This document shows positions 49,260-58,879 of a DNA stretch of 64,000 nucleotides, piece after piece. The first letter of the stretch is position 1, and each line of letters opens with the position of its first letter. The stretch covers positions 168,290-232,289 of the forward strand of contig DAIDHL010000001.1 in NCBI GenBank assembly GCA_027459745.1. Direction: 5' to 3'. The translations under genes were made by a program, and so were the position numbers. The notes under the pieces are model-generated. The model was given only the letters and a program-made list of their open reading frames with translations, had not been told where the DNA came from and searched no databases. The stretch is from Candidatus Levyibacteriota bacterium (lineage in GTDB: Bacteria; Patescibacteriota; Microgenomatia; Levybacterales; UBA12049).

Positions 49260-50416
49260 ACATTATTTTCCATATACTAGAAGCATTAAAAATATCCCTT
49301 TATATGTTTTGGGAAGTATTATGGCCTCTTGTTTTAGGTTTTGCGCTTTCTGGAATTGTACAGGCTGTTGTATCTCATAAATCAATAGCAAAGCTACTGG
49401 GTAATGATTCACCAAAAAGTATTACCGTTGCTACACTGTTGGGTACAGCTTCAAGTTCTTGTTCATATGCTGCAATTGCTCTTGCACGGTCAATCTTTCA
49501 AAAAGGAGCAAGCTTTACATCTGCAATGGTATTTGAGCTTGCTTCAACAAATTTAGTTATTGAACTTGGAATTATTTTAGTCGTTTTGTTTGGATGGCAA
49601 TTTATGGCTGCCGAGTTTGTAGGCGGCATAATTATGGTAATTTTAATAGCCTTGATTTTCCGTTTTACTTTATCCCGACACTTAGTAGAAATAGCAAAGA
49701 AACAAGCTGAAAAAGGTTTGCAAGGAAGAATGGAAGGTCATGCTGCAATGGATATGAGCATAGAGTGGAAGGGCTCATTTATTTCAAAAATACTCAGTAA
49801 AAATGGCTTTACAACAGTTAGCCACTTTTACGTTATGGATTGGGCATCTGTCTGGACCGATATTGCACTTGGATTTTTGATTGCAGGGGCACTTGCTGCA
49901 TGGGTTCCACAATCTTTTTGGCAAGCATTTTTCTTAAAAGGTAACCCAACACTTGCAACAATTGAAGGACCTCTCGTTGGGCCATTGGTTGCTATTATTT
50001 CTTTTGTCTGTTCAGTTGGGAATGTACCTCTTGCAGCAGTGCTATGGAAAGGTGGAATAAGTTTTGGTGGGGTGGTAAGCTTTATTTTTGCTGATTTAAT
50101 TGTACTACCAGTGTTAGATATTTATCGCAAATATTATGGATGGAAGGTAATGAGCTATATTCTCATTACTTTTTACATCACTATGGCAGCTGCAGGATAT
50201 ATTATTGAATTCTTATTTAGCGCATTGCATGTTATCCCAACGGATCGAAATGTTGCTTTGATAACCCAAGGAGTTCACTGGAACTATACATCAATTCTTA
50301 ACATTATCTCCTTAATCATATCAGCTATTTTTATCTATCGCTTTTTTAAGACGAATGGAACTGCTATGCTTAAAATGATGAATATGTCTCTAAAGCAGAT
50401 GGAGCATCACCATTAA
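49256..50416 (+). CDS. DUF318/ArsP-like permease
   Basis: Polytopic; TLLGTASSSCSYAAIALA resembles the Cys-containing motif of this permease family. Confidence 0.55.
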   Translation: MNIIFHILEALKISLYMFWEVLWPLVLGFALSGIVQAVVSHKSIAKLLGNDSPKSITVATLLGTASSSCSYAAIALARSIFQKGASFTSAMVFELASTNLVIELGIILVVLFGWQFMAAEFVGGIIMVILIALIFRFTLSRHLVEIAKKQAEKGLQGRMEGHAAMDMSIEWKGSFISKILSKNGFTTVSHFYVMDWASVWTDIALGFLIAGALAAWVPQSFWQAFFLKGNPTLATIEGPLVGPLVAIISFVCSVGNVPLAAVLWKGGISFGGVVSFIFADLIVLPVLDIYRKYYGWKVMSYILITFYITMAAAGYIIEFLFSALHVIPTDRNVALITQGVHWNYTSILNIISLIISAIFIYRFFKTNGTAMLKMMNMSLKQMEHHH

Positions 50417-50454
50417 CTTAAAGGATTATAAAAGAATACTAAAGAAAATAATAT

Positions 50455-51498
50455 ATGAACCATTACAACATGCTTCTTAGTCATCTTGGTCTGGGCAAGT
50501 CTATGAATTCTATGGAGAAAGCATCATTCGAAGTTGCTTTGAAAGGTAAAAAACAAATAGCAGAAGGAATATATGAATTCGTTTTTGAAAAACCTAAGAA
50601 TTTTCATTTTAATGCAGGTCAGCATGTACGTATGACTCTTCTTAATCCTTCGGAAACTGATAAGAAGGGTAATAGCAGATTTCTAACACTAGCAAATACT
50701 CCACAAGATAAAGACCTTATTGTTGCTATGAGAATGACAGATTCGGCATTTAAGAGAGTTTTAGGAGAGATGCAAGTTGGAGAAAAAGTACTTATTCAAA
50801 TATTACTGCATAGTCCACATGGATCATTTGTAATATATGATGATCCCTCAATTCCTGCAGTATTTTTGGTAGGTGGAATTGGTATCGTTCCTGCTTACTC
50901 TATGATTAAAGACGCAATAGAAAGAAAGCTACAACACAAGATTTTCCTGTTCTATTCCAATAGACGACCAGAGGATGCTCCATATTTAGAAGAACTCCAA
51001 AATTTGGCAAAGCAAAATCCAAATTTCAAATTGATTGCAACTATGACAGAGCCGGAAAAATCAGCAAAATCATGGCAAGGACAAACGGGATATATAGATC
51101 AAGCCATGCTAAAGAATCATCTAAGTGATCTTAAATCTCCAATATACTATGAAGCTGGATTGACAAATATGGTAAATGCAATGAAAAAACTGCTTAAAGA
51201 TATAGGAATAAACGAAGACAGCATACATTCGGAAGATTTTTCTGGGCTTAAAATGGGGCTTATTAACATGACTAATAGTCCAACAGGAAATAAGAACCAT
51301 ATTTTGCTCATAGTAATCGCCTTGGTTTTACTAATCGTTATCGGTATACATGTTAGTATTGCTCTTTCAGTATATAAATCAATTTCTTTTAAAAGTATTT
51401 CTTATATTACGATAGGATTAATCCTTATCATTGTTATGTTTAAGGTCTTTGCTATATTCAAGTTCAAGCAGCATTTGTTAGATAGAAAGAATATATAA
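50455..51498 (+). CDS. FAD/NAD(P)-binding oxidoreductase (ferredoxin-NADP reductase-like) with C-terminal TM anchor
   Basis: FAD-binding beta-barrel (GQHVRMTL...SRFLTLAN), NAD-binding FLVGGIGIVPAYSMI, hydrophobic C-terminus. Confidence 0.6.
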   Translation: MNHYNMLLSHLGLGKSMNSMEKASFEVALKGKKQIAEGIYEFVFEKPKNFHFNAGQHVRMTLLNPSETDKKGNSRFLTLANTPQDKDLIVAMRMTDSAFKRVLGEMQVGEKVLIQILLHSPHGSFVIYDDPSIPAVFLVGGIGIVPAYSMIKDAIERKLQHKIFLFYSNRRPEDAPYLEELQNLAKQNPNFKLIATMTEPEKSAKSWQGQTGYIDQAMLKNHLSDLKSPIYYEAGLTNMVNAMKKLLKDIGINEDSIHSEDFSGLKMGLINMTNSPTGNKNHILLIVIALVLLIVIGIHVSIALSVYKSISFKSISYITIGLILIIVMFKVFAIFKFKQHLLDRKNI

Positions 51499-51504
51499 AA
51501 ATAT

Positions 51505-52128
51505 ATGATTACATATACTTGCCCTATGCATCCTGAAGTGCAGCAGGATCATCAAGGGAATTGTCCGAAATGCGGTATGAAGCTCGCGTCAAAAGGTCAA
51601 GCTGCAACAATGCAAATGGATCATTCTTCTGAAACACAGAATAGTTACAAGCCGCTTTTTATTATTATTGGTCTCATACTACTAACAACTATGGCTCTCG
51701 GTTTGAGAAGTTTATTGACAGAGCAGTTTAGTTGGTCTGTTGTCATGATTAATTTTATGGCTGGATTTTTCTTGGTGTTTAGTGGATTTAAACTGATTAA
51801 TATTACAGGTTTTGCAGAAGGATATTCAACATATGATTTACTTGCAAAAAGGGTATTTGCCTATGGATATATTTATCCATTTCTTGAGCTAATGCTTGGG
51901 CTTTTGTATGCCATGCATATTACACCACCACTAGTTAATCTTTTTACTTTTATTCTGATGGCATTTAGTGGCATAGGAGTTGCAATAAAAGTTGCAAAAC
52001 ATGAGAAATTCCAATGTGCATGCCTTGGTACATTTTTAAAAGTTCCACTTACTAAAGTAACTCTGATTGAGGATTTTGGTATGGCAGCAATGGCGCTCGT
52101 AATGGTTGTCCTACTTTTTAGACACTAA
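51505..52128 (+). CDS. heavy-metal-binding domain (YTCPMHPE...CPKCGM) fused to MauE/DoxX-like membrane domain
   Basis: N-terminal TCPMHPEVQQDHQGNCPKCGMKL HMBD; membrane domain with QCACLGTF. Confidence 0.6.
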   Translation: MITYTCPMHPEVQQDHQGNCPKCGMKLASKGQAATMQMDHSSETQNSYKPLFIIIGLILLTTMALGLRSLLTEQFSWSVVMINFMAGFFLVFSGFKLINITGFAEGYSTYDLLAKRVFAYGYIYPFLELMLGLLYAMHITPPLVNLFTFILMAFSGIGVAIKVAKHEKFQCACLGTFLKVPLTKVTLIEDFGMAAMALVMVVLLFRH

Positions 52129-52593
52129 AATTGAGATAGCATCTCCGGGTTTTAAAATATAATTCTCGTAGAGATTATTTGCTTTCCCATTGACTATCAC
52201 TTTCATGCTATATCGGTTGCCTATAAAATAAGCAGCAAACTGTGTCTTGTTAAATATTATTCCCCAAGTTGTAAATATATCACCGAGTGTAAAGGGAAAT
52301 GGTTTTAAATAATGGACATGTATTTGTCCGCTATGCCCATCATGAACTTGTATGGGATGTAAGCATCCATCTTCAATTCCGATAGTATCGGGAAGGCCAT
52401 ATTGAATTCCCAGTATGACTATTTTTAACATTACCATATAATGCAGCGTTGCCTTCTCCTCATCAATACATTGTGTAAGTACTGAAAGATGATCATTTTG
52501 ATATTGAGCAGATGAAGTTTTGGAAGAAAGATAGAAATCTCGTGCAAGGATTCCAATAAGGGCAAAGAACAAAATTACACAAATGTATTTCAT
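52111..52593 (-). CDS. secreted His-rich hypothetical protein
   Basis: Signal peptide; HPIQVHDGHSGQIHVHY. Confidence 0.4.
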   Translation of the reverse strand: MKYICVILFFALIGILARDFYLSSKTSSAQYQNDHLSVLTQCIDEEKATLHYMVMLKIVILGIQYGLPDTIGIEDGCLHPIQVHDGHSGQIHVHYLKPFPFTLGDIFTTWGIIFNKTQFAAYFIGNRYSMKVIVNGKANNLYENYILKPGDAISILVSKK

Positions 52594-52628
52594 ATTCTAA
52601 CTTTTATTATTGCACTTTTAAAAGGATT

Positions 52629-52645
52629 TTCCTACAATATGTAGG
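52629..52645 (+). promoter_or_regulatory. palindrome TCCTACAATATGTAGGA abutting the blaI/copY-like start (TACA/TGTA-type box, coordinates approximate)
   Basis: 17-bp inverted repeat containing TACA...TGTA half-sites typical of BlaI/MecI/CopY operators. Confidence 0.45.
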
Positions 52646-53026
52646 ATGAAACAAAAAGAGTTAAGCCACTTAGAGCAAGAGGTCATGGATATAGTGTGGG
52701 AGTTAAAGCAAGCTTCTATCCGGGATGTTCTCAATAAAATTAGCAAGGATAGGCAGCTTGCTTACAATACTATTGGCACAATTCTTACTAGGCTAGAGAA
52801 TAAAGGGTTAGTAATAAAGAAAGAAGGTGACGGTTCTTACCTTTATAAGCCAAAAATTTCAAAAGAATCATATGGTAAAGCGATTATTGATGGTTTTATG
52901 CAGAGAGTGATACATTCATTTGGTAAAACCGCTATTTCCTCATTTGCAGAAAGTATTGATAAACTTCCTGTTGAGGAACGTGAGGAATTGTTACGAATGC
53001 TTGAAAAACATGATACAAATAAATAA
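52646..53026 (+). CDS. BlaI/MecI/CopY family repressor
   Basis: LSHLEQEVMDIVWELKQASIRDVLNKI...YNTIGTILTRLENKGLV winged helix. Confidence 0.75.
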   Translation: MKQKELSHLEQEVMDIVWELKQASIRDVLNKISKDRQLAYNTIGTILTRLENKGLVIKKEGDGSYLYKPKISKESYGKAIIDGFMQRVIHSFGKTAISSFAESIDKLPVEEREELLRMLEKHDTNK

Positions 53027-54002
53027 GAATCTACTCATTTTTCTCAGTCTTGCTGTTGGACTTGGAGTGGGTGTCTTAGCTGTTCTTACTAAATTTATCC
53101 CACTCTTTATAGATCACACCGTTTACTACTGCCAGCATCTCGTTGGCTTCTTTTCAATGGAATTTCCTCACCAGATTAGTTTAATTGTCATAGGATTTTT
53201 TAGTATTATACTTTTCGTAACAATACTGAGGATGAGTTGGCTATTTATTGAAGTACACTTATTAAAACGCCAATTGATACAATATAGCAGTAAAAAATTT
53301 CAATTAAATAGGTTGTTACAGCAATATAACTTACAAAATAAAGTCTATCTGATCGAAAATAACCGAACATTTGCCTTCTGCTTTGGTATTCTTAATCCTA
53401 AAATTTATATTTCAACAAATTTACTTTCACTGATGAATGAGAAAGAAATAGAAGCGGTACTACTGCATGAGAAATACCACTTAAAACATAGAGATAGTTT
53501 AACAATGCTCATTGCAACAGTATTACAACACCTTTTTCCATTTTTCCCATTATTTTCTGACTTAATCAGAAACTATAAAATTGAAAGAGAGATTGCAGCA
53601 GATCAACAGGCAATACAAACACTTGGTACAGCACAACCAGTAACCGCAGTATTAAAGAAATTATTATGCATTCCCACTCTTACACTTCCAACAGTTTCAG
53701 CTCTTGCAGAGTATGAAACACTAAGGCCAAGAATTAAAGCAATTGTTGGTGAGCAGTATTCATATATTCGATTTAGTAAAGCAAAAATGCTTATTAGTTT
53801 TTCCGCAGTTGTCGTGATTATCAGTATGCTTGTCGTTCCAGTTCACGCAATGGAAATTCACAACCATAAACAAGATGTAATGATGGTATGTTTGCAAAGT
53901 GGAGGTTGTGTAACTGCATGTACAGATAAAAACGCAAGCACTCCTTATACTGTTCCTTACTCAACAGATAATGCTTCACATCCTTATTCAGTTGCAAAAT
54001 AA
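53010..54002 (+). CDS. BlaR1/MecR1-like M56 peptidase-domain membrane sensor
   Basis: TM segments then LLHEKYHLKHRD (HExxH of M56); start re-picked at MIQINK (53010). Confidence 0.65.
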   Translation: MIQINKNLLIFLSLAVGLGVGVLAVLTKFIPLFIDHTVYYCQHLVGFFSMEFPHQISLIVIGFFSIILFVTILRMSWLFIEVHLLKRQLIQYSSKKFQLNRLLQQYNLQNKVYLIENNRTFAFCFGILNPKIYISTNLLSLMNEKEIEAVLLHEKYHLKHRDSLTMLIATVLQHLFPFFPLFSDLIRNYKIEREIAADQQAIQTLGTAQPVTAVLKKLLCIPTLTLPTVSALAEYETLRPRIKAIVGEQYSYIRFSKAKMLISFSAVVVIISMLVVPVHAMEIHNHKQDVMMVCLQSGGCVTACTDKNASTPYTVPYSTDNASHPYSVAK

Positions 54003-54052
54003 TTTCTCCTCTTGACTTTTGTATTTATATACTCCTACAATAAGTAGGAGGT

Positions 54053-54853
54053 ATGAGAAAAGCAAAAGAAGAAGTTATTAGACATCCTGGTGTCATTGAT
54101 CCAATAGAACCCACGCGTTTCAATTTGCGTATTCCTCGAAATATCAAAACAACGCCAATACTTGTAGTATTACTTATTATCGCTGCTTTCTTTTTGGGAA
54201 TGCTTACTACGAAAGTACAATATTTAGAAAAAGGGAATACTACGGTTGCTGGTGCTATTGCTCCAACACAAGCTGTTCAGGCAGGAAACCAACAACCACA
54301 ACCTACTCTTGGTAAACAAAATGTTGATAATGGACATTTTCCAGTAAAAGGCGATCCAAATGCAAAAGTAACAGTTATAGAATTTGGCGATTTTCGCTGT
54401 CCATTTTGTAAGAGATTCTTCACTGATGTTGAACCACAATTGCAAAAAGATTATATAGACACAGGCAAAGTAAAATTCTACTTCCGGCAGTACGCATTTT
54501 TAGGACCAGCATCAACAGTTGCGGCCAATGCTGCAGAGTGTGCGAATGAACAAAACAAATTCTGGGATTTTCATGATTACTTATATAAAAACCAGCCATC
54601 CGAAACTGATACGTCAATATACACTACAGATAATTTAACACAAATTGTAGGCAACCTCGGTATGGATACAGATCAATTTAGAACATGCTTAGATGGTAAA
54701 AAGTATGACAAAAATGTCAGTGATGATTTAGCTGCAGGACAAAAAGTAGGTGTCAATGCAACGCCAACTTTTTATATTGATGGTAATCAGCTTGTCGGTG
54801 CACAGCCTTATTCAGCGTTTCAAACAATTATAGATCAAGAGTTGAAGAAATAA
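54053..54853 (+). CDS. DsbA-family thiol-disulfide oxidoreductase, membrane anchored
   Basis: VTVIEFGDFRCPFCKRFF CxxC thioredoxin fold. Confidence 0.8.
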   Translation: MRKAKEEVIRHPGVIDPIEPTRFNLRIPRNIKTTPILVVLLIIAAFFLGMLTTKVQYLEKGNTTVAGAIAPTQAVQAGNQQPQPTLGKQNVDNGHFPVKGDPNAKVTVIEFGDFRCPFCKRFFTDVEPQLQKDYIDTGKVKFYFRQYAFLGPASTVAANAAECANEQNKFWDFHDYLYKNQPSETDTSIYTTDNLTQIVGNLGMDTDQFRTCLDGKKYDKNVSDDLAAGQKVGVNATPTFYIDGNQLVGAQPYSAFQTIIDQELKK

Positions 54854-54858
54854 TATGT

Positions 54859-55368
54859 ATGGTATCAATTCGAAAAATATTCCTGCCCACTATCGTTATT
54901 TCAGTTTTTTATATTCTCCTTTTTACGTACTTTCGTAACTTCAATCTTGTTAATACAACACTCATAAATAATACACCGATTCTCTATAAAATAAAGCTGT
55001 TTTCTATCCTTATTGAAGGACTTTCCTCAACGATGACTCAAGTGGGTTTACTTTTAATGTTTCTGACCGGATTTCTAATAGGGTTAAATCTAACGCTGAT
55101 GTTTCAAAAAGTCGCATTTTTAAAACAAGCGGGATCTGTAAAGTTTGTTGCAGGTGGCAGTTCTTTTTTTGGAGTAATTAGCGGAGGCTGTGCATCTTGT
55201 GGGCTGCCTGTTCTATCTCTATTTGGATTAAGTGGCGCAGTTGCTTATCTTCCTTTTAAAGGTGTTGAATTACCATATATTTCTCTTATCCTCCTTTCTG
55301 CATCACTGTTTTTCTTATTACGAAATAAAACCCAACTGCAAGTCTGCGAAGTCAAAAAGACAAAATGA
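54859..55368 (+). CDS. membrane protein with GGCASCG motif
   Basis: 4 predicted TM helices; CxxC in a Gly-rich loop. Confidence 0.4.
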   Translation: MVSIRKIFLPTIVISVFYILLFTYFRNFNLVNTTLINNTPILYKIKLFSILIEGLSSTMTQVGLLLMFLTGFLIGLNLTLMFQKVAFLKQAGSVKFVAGGSSFFGVISGGCASCGLPVLSLFGLSGAVAYLPFKGVELPYISLILLSASLFFLLRNKTQLQVCEVKKTK

Positions 55369-56336
55369 AAAAACATTCAATTTTACTGCCTAAATCAAGA
55401 GTACGCTTAGTAGCGATAGTCTTTATTTTGCTACCACTCTTTATCGTTGGATTATATTATGTACGTTCAGCACCTTCTGTCCAAAAAACAGCAATAAATC
55501 TTGCTTATGATACAAGAAAAATTCCAGTTGTTGGACATCTCATTCCTCTTTCCTGGTTACCAAAACGAGATGTTGCCGAAGAGGTATTACCTAAAGAAGG
55601 ATTTCAAACACAAATTATACTTGGCGATGTCATTCCAAAAATGGTGAAAGTTGGTGTTATTGATCCAGCAAAGATTGAAGATTTGTACAAAAACGACAAG
55701 AGTACACAACAACAAATTAAGCAATTGCTTTCTCAATCATCAAATGCACCCCTTACAATTAACTCAAGTAATACCTTATGGTTATTAAATCTTCTCTGGC
55801 CGTTAGGACTTGCAAACAAAATGAAAGTGAATGAGCAAAGCCAAGTTGCTGGTGCAGACGTTAATAACTTTGCTTCAACTGGTGGGTGGACACTTGGAAA
55901 AGCAGACAGTGGCGGTGGATATTTTAATAAATACCAAATACTTCCATTAACTTCGCAGCAAGAACAAAGAGTAAAAACGATTGCTGATACAATTCATAGG
56001 CCATGTTGTAATAATTCTGCTTTTTTCCAAGACTGCAATCATGGTTCTGCAATGCTCGGACTTGTAGAGCTTGGAGTAAAAGAAGGATTATCAGATGAAG
56101 AGATCTACAAAACTGCGCTTGCATTTAACTCATTCTGGTTTCCGCAAAACTATATGGAAACGGCATTGTATTTTGAGAAAGTAAAAGGGCAAGATTGGGA
56201 AGAAATTGATTCCAAATTGATTTTATCAAAGCAATACTCGAGTATTAGTGGATGGATGGCAAATGTTGATACGGTTGCTCGAAAAACACCTGGTCTAATA
56301 CCAACTACACAAAATGGTGGTAGTTGTGCGGTATAG
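55365..56336 (+). CDS. membrane-anchored Cys-rich exported protein (PCCNNSAFFQDCNHG)
   Basis: N-terminal TM, extracytoplasmic domain with CC...C motifs; paralogous motifs in next gene. Confidence 0.45.
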   Translation: MKKHSILLPKSRVRLVAIVFILLPLFIVGLYYVRSAPSVQKTAINLAYDTRKIPVVGHLIPLSWLPKRDVAEEVLPKEGFQTQIILGDVIPKMVKVGVIDPAKIEDLYKNDKSTQQQIKQLLSQSSNAPLTINSSNTLWLLNLLWPLGLANKMKVNEQSQVAGADVNNFASTGGWTLGKADSGGGYFNKYQILPLTSQQEQRVKTIADTIHRPCCNNSAFFQDCNHGSAMLGLVELGVKEGLSDEEIYKTALAFNSFWFPQNYMETALYFEKVKGQDWEEIDSKLILSKQYSSISGWMANVDTVARKTPGLIPTTQNGGSCAV

Positions 56337-56367
56337 TTTTTCGGTATAATAACTGATGTAAAATTAC

Positions 56368-57063
56368 TTGTATATGAAACGTCAACAAATTCTTATAGGG
56401 ATTGTTCTAATTGCTACAGTAGCATTAGGATACTTTGTGCTTAATCCATCAGCACTTATTTCACTCATAAATCCAAATAATCCAGATGTGGTACATGCGC
56501 AATTACTTTCTACCTATAACTCAATTCCTACCTCATCTGGAAAGAACGCATTTTTGAAACAAAGTAATAATCTGACCACAAAAGTTGATACGGAATTAGC
56601 AGATTTAGATAGCGAAATTATTTCTTGTGACGCAAATGTTGATAATCTCATGTCTACTGGTAGTATTGGTGGCAGTTGTGTAGGTGGTGGTACAACGTTG
56701 CCAACTGCAAAAGGAAAGTTCTTAGGTGGACAATGCTGTGGAGCCATGACTACTACCAAAGATTATCATGCGCAACTACAGAAGTTGCAGGTATATAAAA
56801 ATATTCCAGATATGCCTCTAAATCCCTATAAAACGCCAGTAGAATTAGCAAAAAAATGGATTGATGTTGATAAATCAACAACCTTATCAGCAGACCAGCA
56901 AAAAGTCTTTAATCAAGCATTAAGCATGTCAAAGGAAGGGCCATGTTGCTGTAAGTGTTGGCATTATTATGTGAATGAAGGGATTGCAAAAAAGATGATT
57001 CAAGATAACGGGTGGACTGGACAACAAGTTGCACAATTTTGGGATAATTCTAGTATTTGCTAA
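56368..57063 (+). CDS. membrane-anchored Cys-rich exported protein (GQCCGAM; GPCCCKCWHYY)
   Basis: N-terminal TM, CC motifs similar to 55365-56336. Confidence 0.45.
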   Translation: MYMKRQQILIGIVLIATVALGYFVLNPSALISLINPNNPDVVHAQLLSTYNSIPTSSGKNAFLKQSNNLTTKVDTELADLDSEIISCDANVDNLMSTGSIGGSCVGGGTTLPTAKGKFLGGQCCGAMTTTKDYHAQLQKLQVYKNIPDMPLNPYKTPVELAKKWIDVDKSTTLSADQQKVFNQALSMSKEGPCCCKCWHYYVNEGIAKKMIQDNGWTGQQVAQFWDNSSIC

Positions 57064-57098
57064 AAATCTTTACTATACTACGTCTTGTAGGAACTGTT

Positions 57099-58055
57099 AT
57101 GAAAAAATCATTACCAATTATTGTTATCGTTGTTCTTGTAATCATTGGGATTATCTATATTACAACAAAAAATAGTAGTAATTCCAATATGCAAGGAATG
57201 CATATGATGAATGGCAGTAGCATGCAGGGTATGGATATGGGCGATAAGCAGTCAGCAGCCCAAAGCAATCGAACCTACACCTACACACTCCAATTAACAT
57301 CTTCAACAAGTAATTTACAACCGAATCAACAGACGACAATCACTTATAAAATTGTAGACGATCAAGGGAATATTTTAAAAGATTATGCTCTTGACCATAC
57401 AAAATTAATGCATTTTATTGTTGTGAGAAAAGATTTACAGGATTTTCAACATATTCATCCTGATTTCAATAAGAACACAGGTGAGTTTCGTATTCCTGTT
57501 ACCTTTCCGGAGATAGGGACATATCGGTTATTTGCCGATTTTACACCTGCAAATGGGCAAAAAGATGCACAAGGTGATATTTTAAGTGTTACGCCATATA
57601 AAGATGTAAATGTGGGAGACATCACAAAATATACACCGCAAGCAGTAACACCTGATACCCAGACAATAAAAACAGTAGGAGACTTTCAAATCACCTATAC
57701 GCTTCCACAACCGTTACAGGCAAACAAGTCCGCTACTATCACAGCTCACGTAACTAAAAACGGACAACCTGTTACTGATATGCAAGAATATTTAGGGGCA
57801 TTAGCACACGGTATTTTACTCAAACAAGACACATTAGATTTTGCTCATTTACACGATATGGGGCAAATGGGGAGTGGTAGTATGCAAGGAATGAGCATGC
57901 AGAACATGAATACAGGCAATGCTAAAATAACCAATACGGGTCCTAATATTACCTTTACCTATTCATTTCCTTCAAGTGGGGTATATAAACTCTTTACGCA
58001 ATTTGAAGAACAAGGTAACGTGATAACAACAGACTATACAATGCAGGTGCAATAA
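57099..58055 (+). CDS. Met/His-rich exported protein, putative Cu-binding
   Basis: Signal/TM MKKSLPIIVIVVLVII; MQGMHMMNGSSMQGMDMGD and HLHDMGQMGSGSMQGMSMQNM Met-motifs; start re-picked at 57099. Confidence 0.5.
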   Translation: MKKSLPIIVIVVLVIIGIIYITTKNSSNSNMQGMHMMNGSSMQGMDMGDKQSAAQSNRTYTYTLQLTSSTSNLQPNQQTTITYKIVDDQGNILKDYALDHTKLMHFIVVRKDLQDFQHIHPDFNKNTGEFRIPVTFPEIGTYRLFADFTPANGQKDAQGDILSVTPYKDVNVGDITKYTPQAVTPDTQTIKTVGDFQITYTLPQPLQANKSATITAHVTKNGQPVTDMQEYLGALAHGILLKQDTLDFAHLHDMGQMGSGSMQGMSMQNMNTGNAKITNTGPNITFTYSFPSSGVYKLFTQFEEQGNVITTDYTMQVQ

Positions 58056-58090
58056 TACTGATTGAAGTTATTGCAAAATATAAGTTTTTT

Positions 58091-58864
58091 ATGAACAAAT
58101 TTTCTTCTTCACCTGTCACGCATCACATTGCAACTAAAGTTCCAGAGATCACTCTCATCTTTTGGATTATTAAACTACTCTCTACTGCGATGGGTGAATC
58201 AACCACTGACTATTTTGTTTACCAATTTAATCCCTACATTATTGTAGTACTTGGATTTATTGGCTTGGCCGCTGCGCTTACATTACAATTTTTTAGACGT
58301 CGTTATATTGCATGGATTTATTGGTTAACAATTGTCATGGTTGCCATATTTGGAACAATGGCAGCAGATGTTGCACATATTGTCATAGGAGTGCCCTATT
58401 TTATATCGACACTATGTTTTTCACTAGTACTTGGTATCGTTTTCTTCTCTTGGTATTTCAGTGAAAAAACACTATCTATCCATAGTATCTATACACGCCG
58501 AAGAGAATTGTTTTATTGGGCAACGGTTATGGCAACATTTGCTCTTGGTACCGCTGCAGGTGATATGACTGCTTCAACGCTGCACTTAGGATACTTTTCA
58601 TCATTTATTATATTTGTCATATTGTTTGCTCTCCCCGCTGTAGCATATAAGCTATTTGGGTTAAATGAGATTATTGCTTTTTGGTTTGCCTATGTCATCA
58701 CCCGACCACTCGGTGCGACATTTGCCGATTGGTTAGGAAAATCAATTCTCGGTGGTCTTGGAATAGGTGATGGAAAAGTAGCTTTGGTATTGACGATATT
58801 AATTATTATTTTTGTTGGCTATGTGACAGTCACAAAAACTGATGTAGATAATATGAAACTATAG
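58091..58864 (+). CDS. polytopic membrane protein, function unknown
   Basis: About 7 hydrophobic segments with internal duplication. Confidence 0.45.
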   Translation: MNKFSSSPVTHHIATKVPEITLIFWIIKLLSTAMGESTTDYFVYQFNPYIIVVLGFIGLAAALTLQFFRRRYIAWIYWLTIVMVAIFGTMAADVAHIVIGVPYFISTLCFSLVLGIVFFSWYFSEKTLSIHSIYTRRRELFYWATVMATFALGTAAGDMTASTLHLGYFSSFIIFVILFALPAVAYKLFGLNEIIAFWFAYVITRPLGATFADWLGKSILGGLGIGDGKVALVLTILIIIFVGYVTVTKTDVDNMKL

Positions 58865-58879
58865 TCAAAAACCCAGTAC

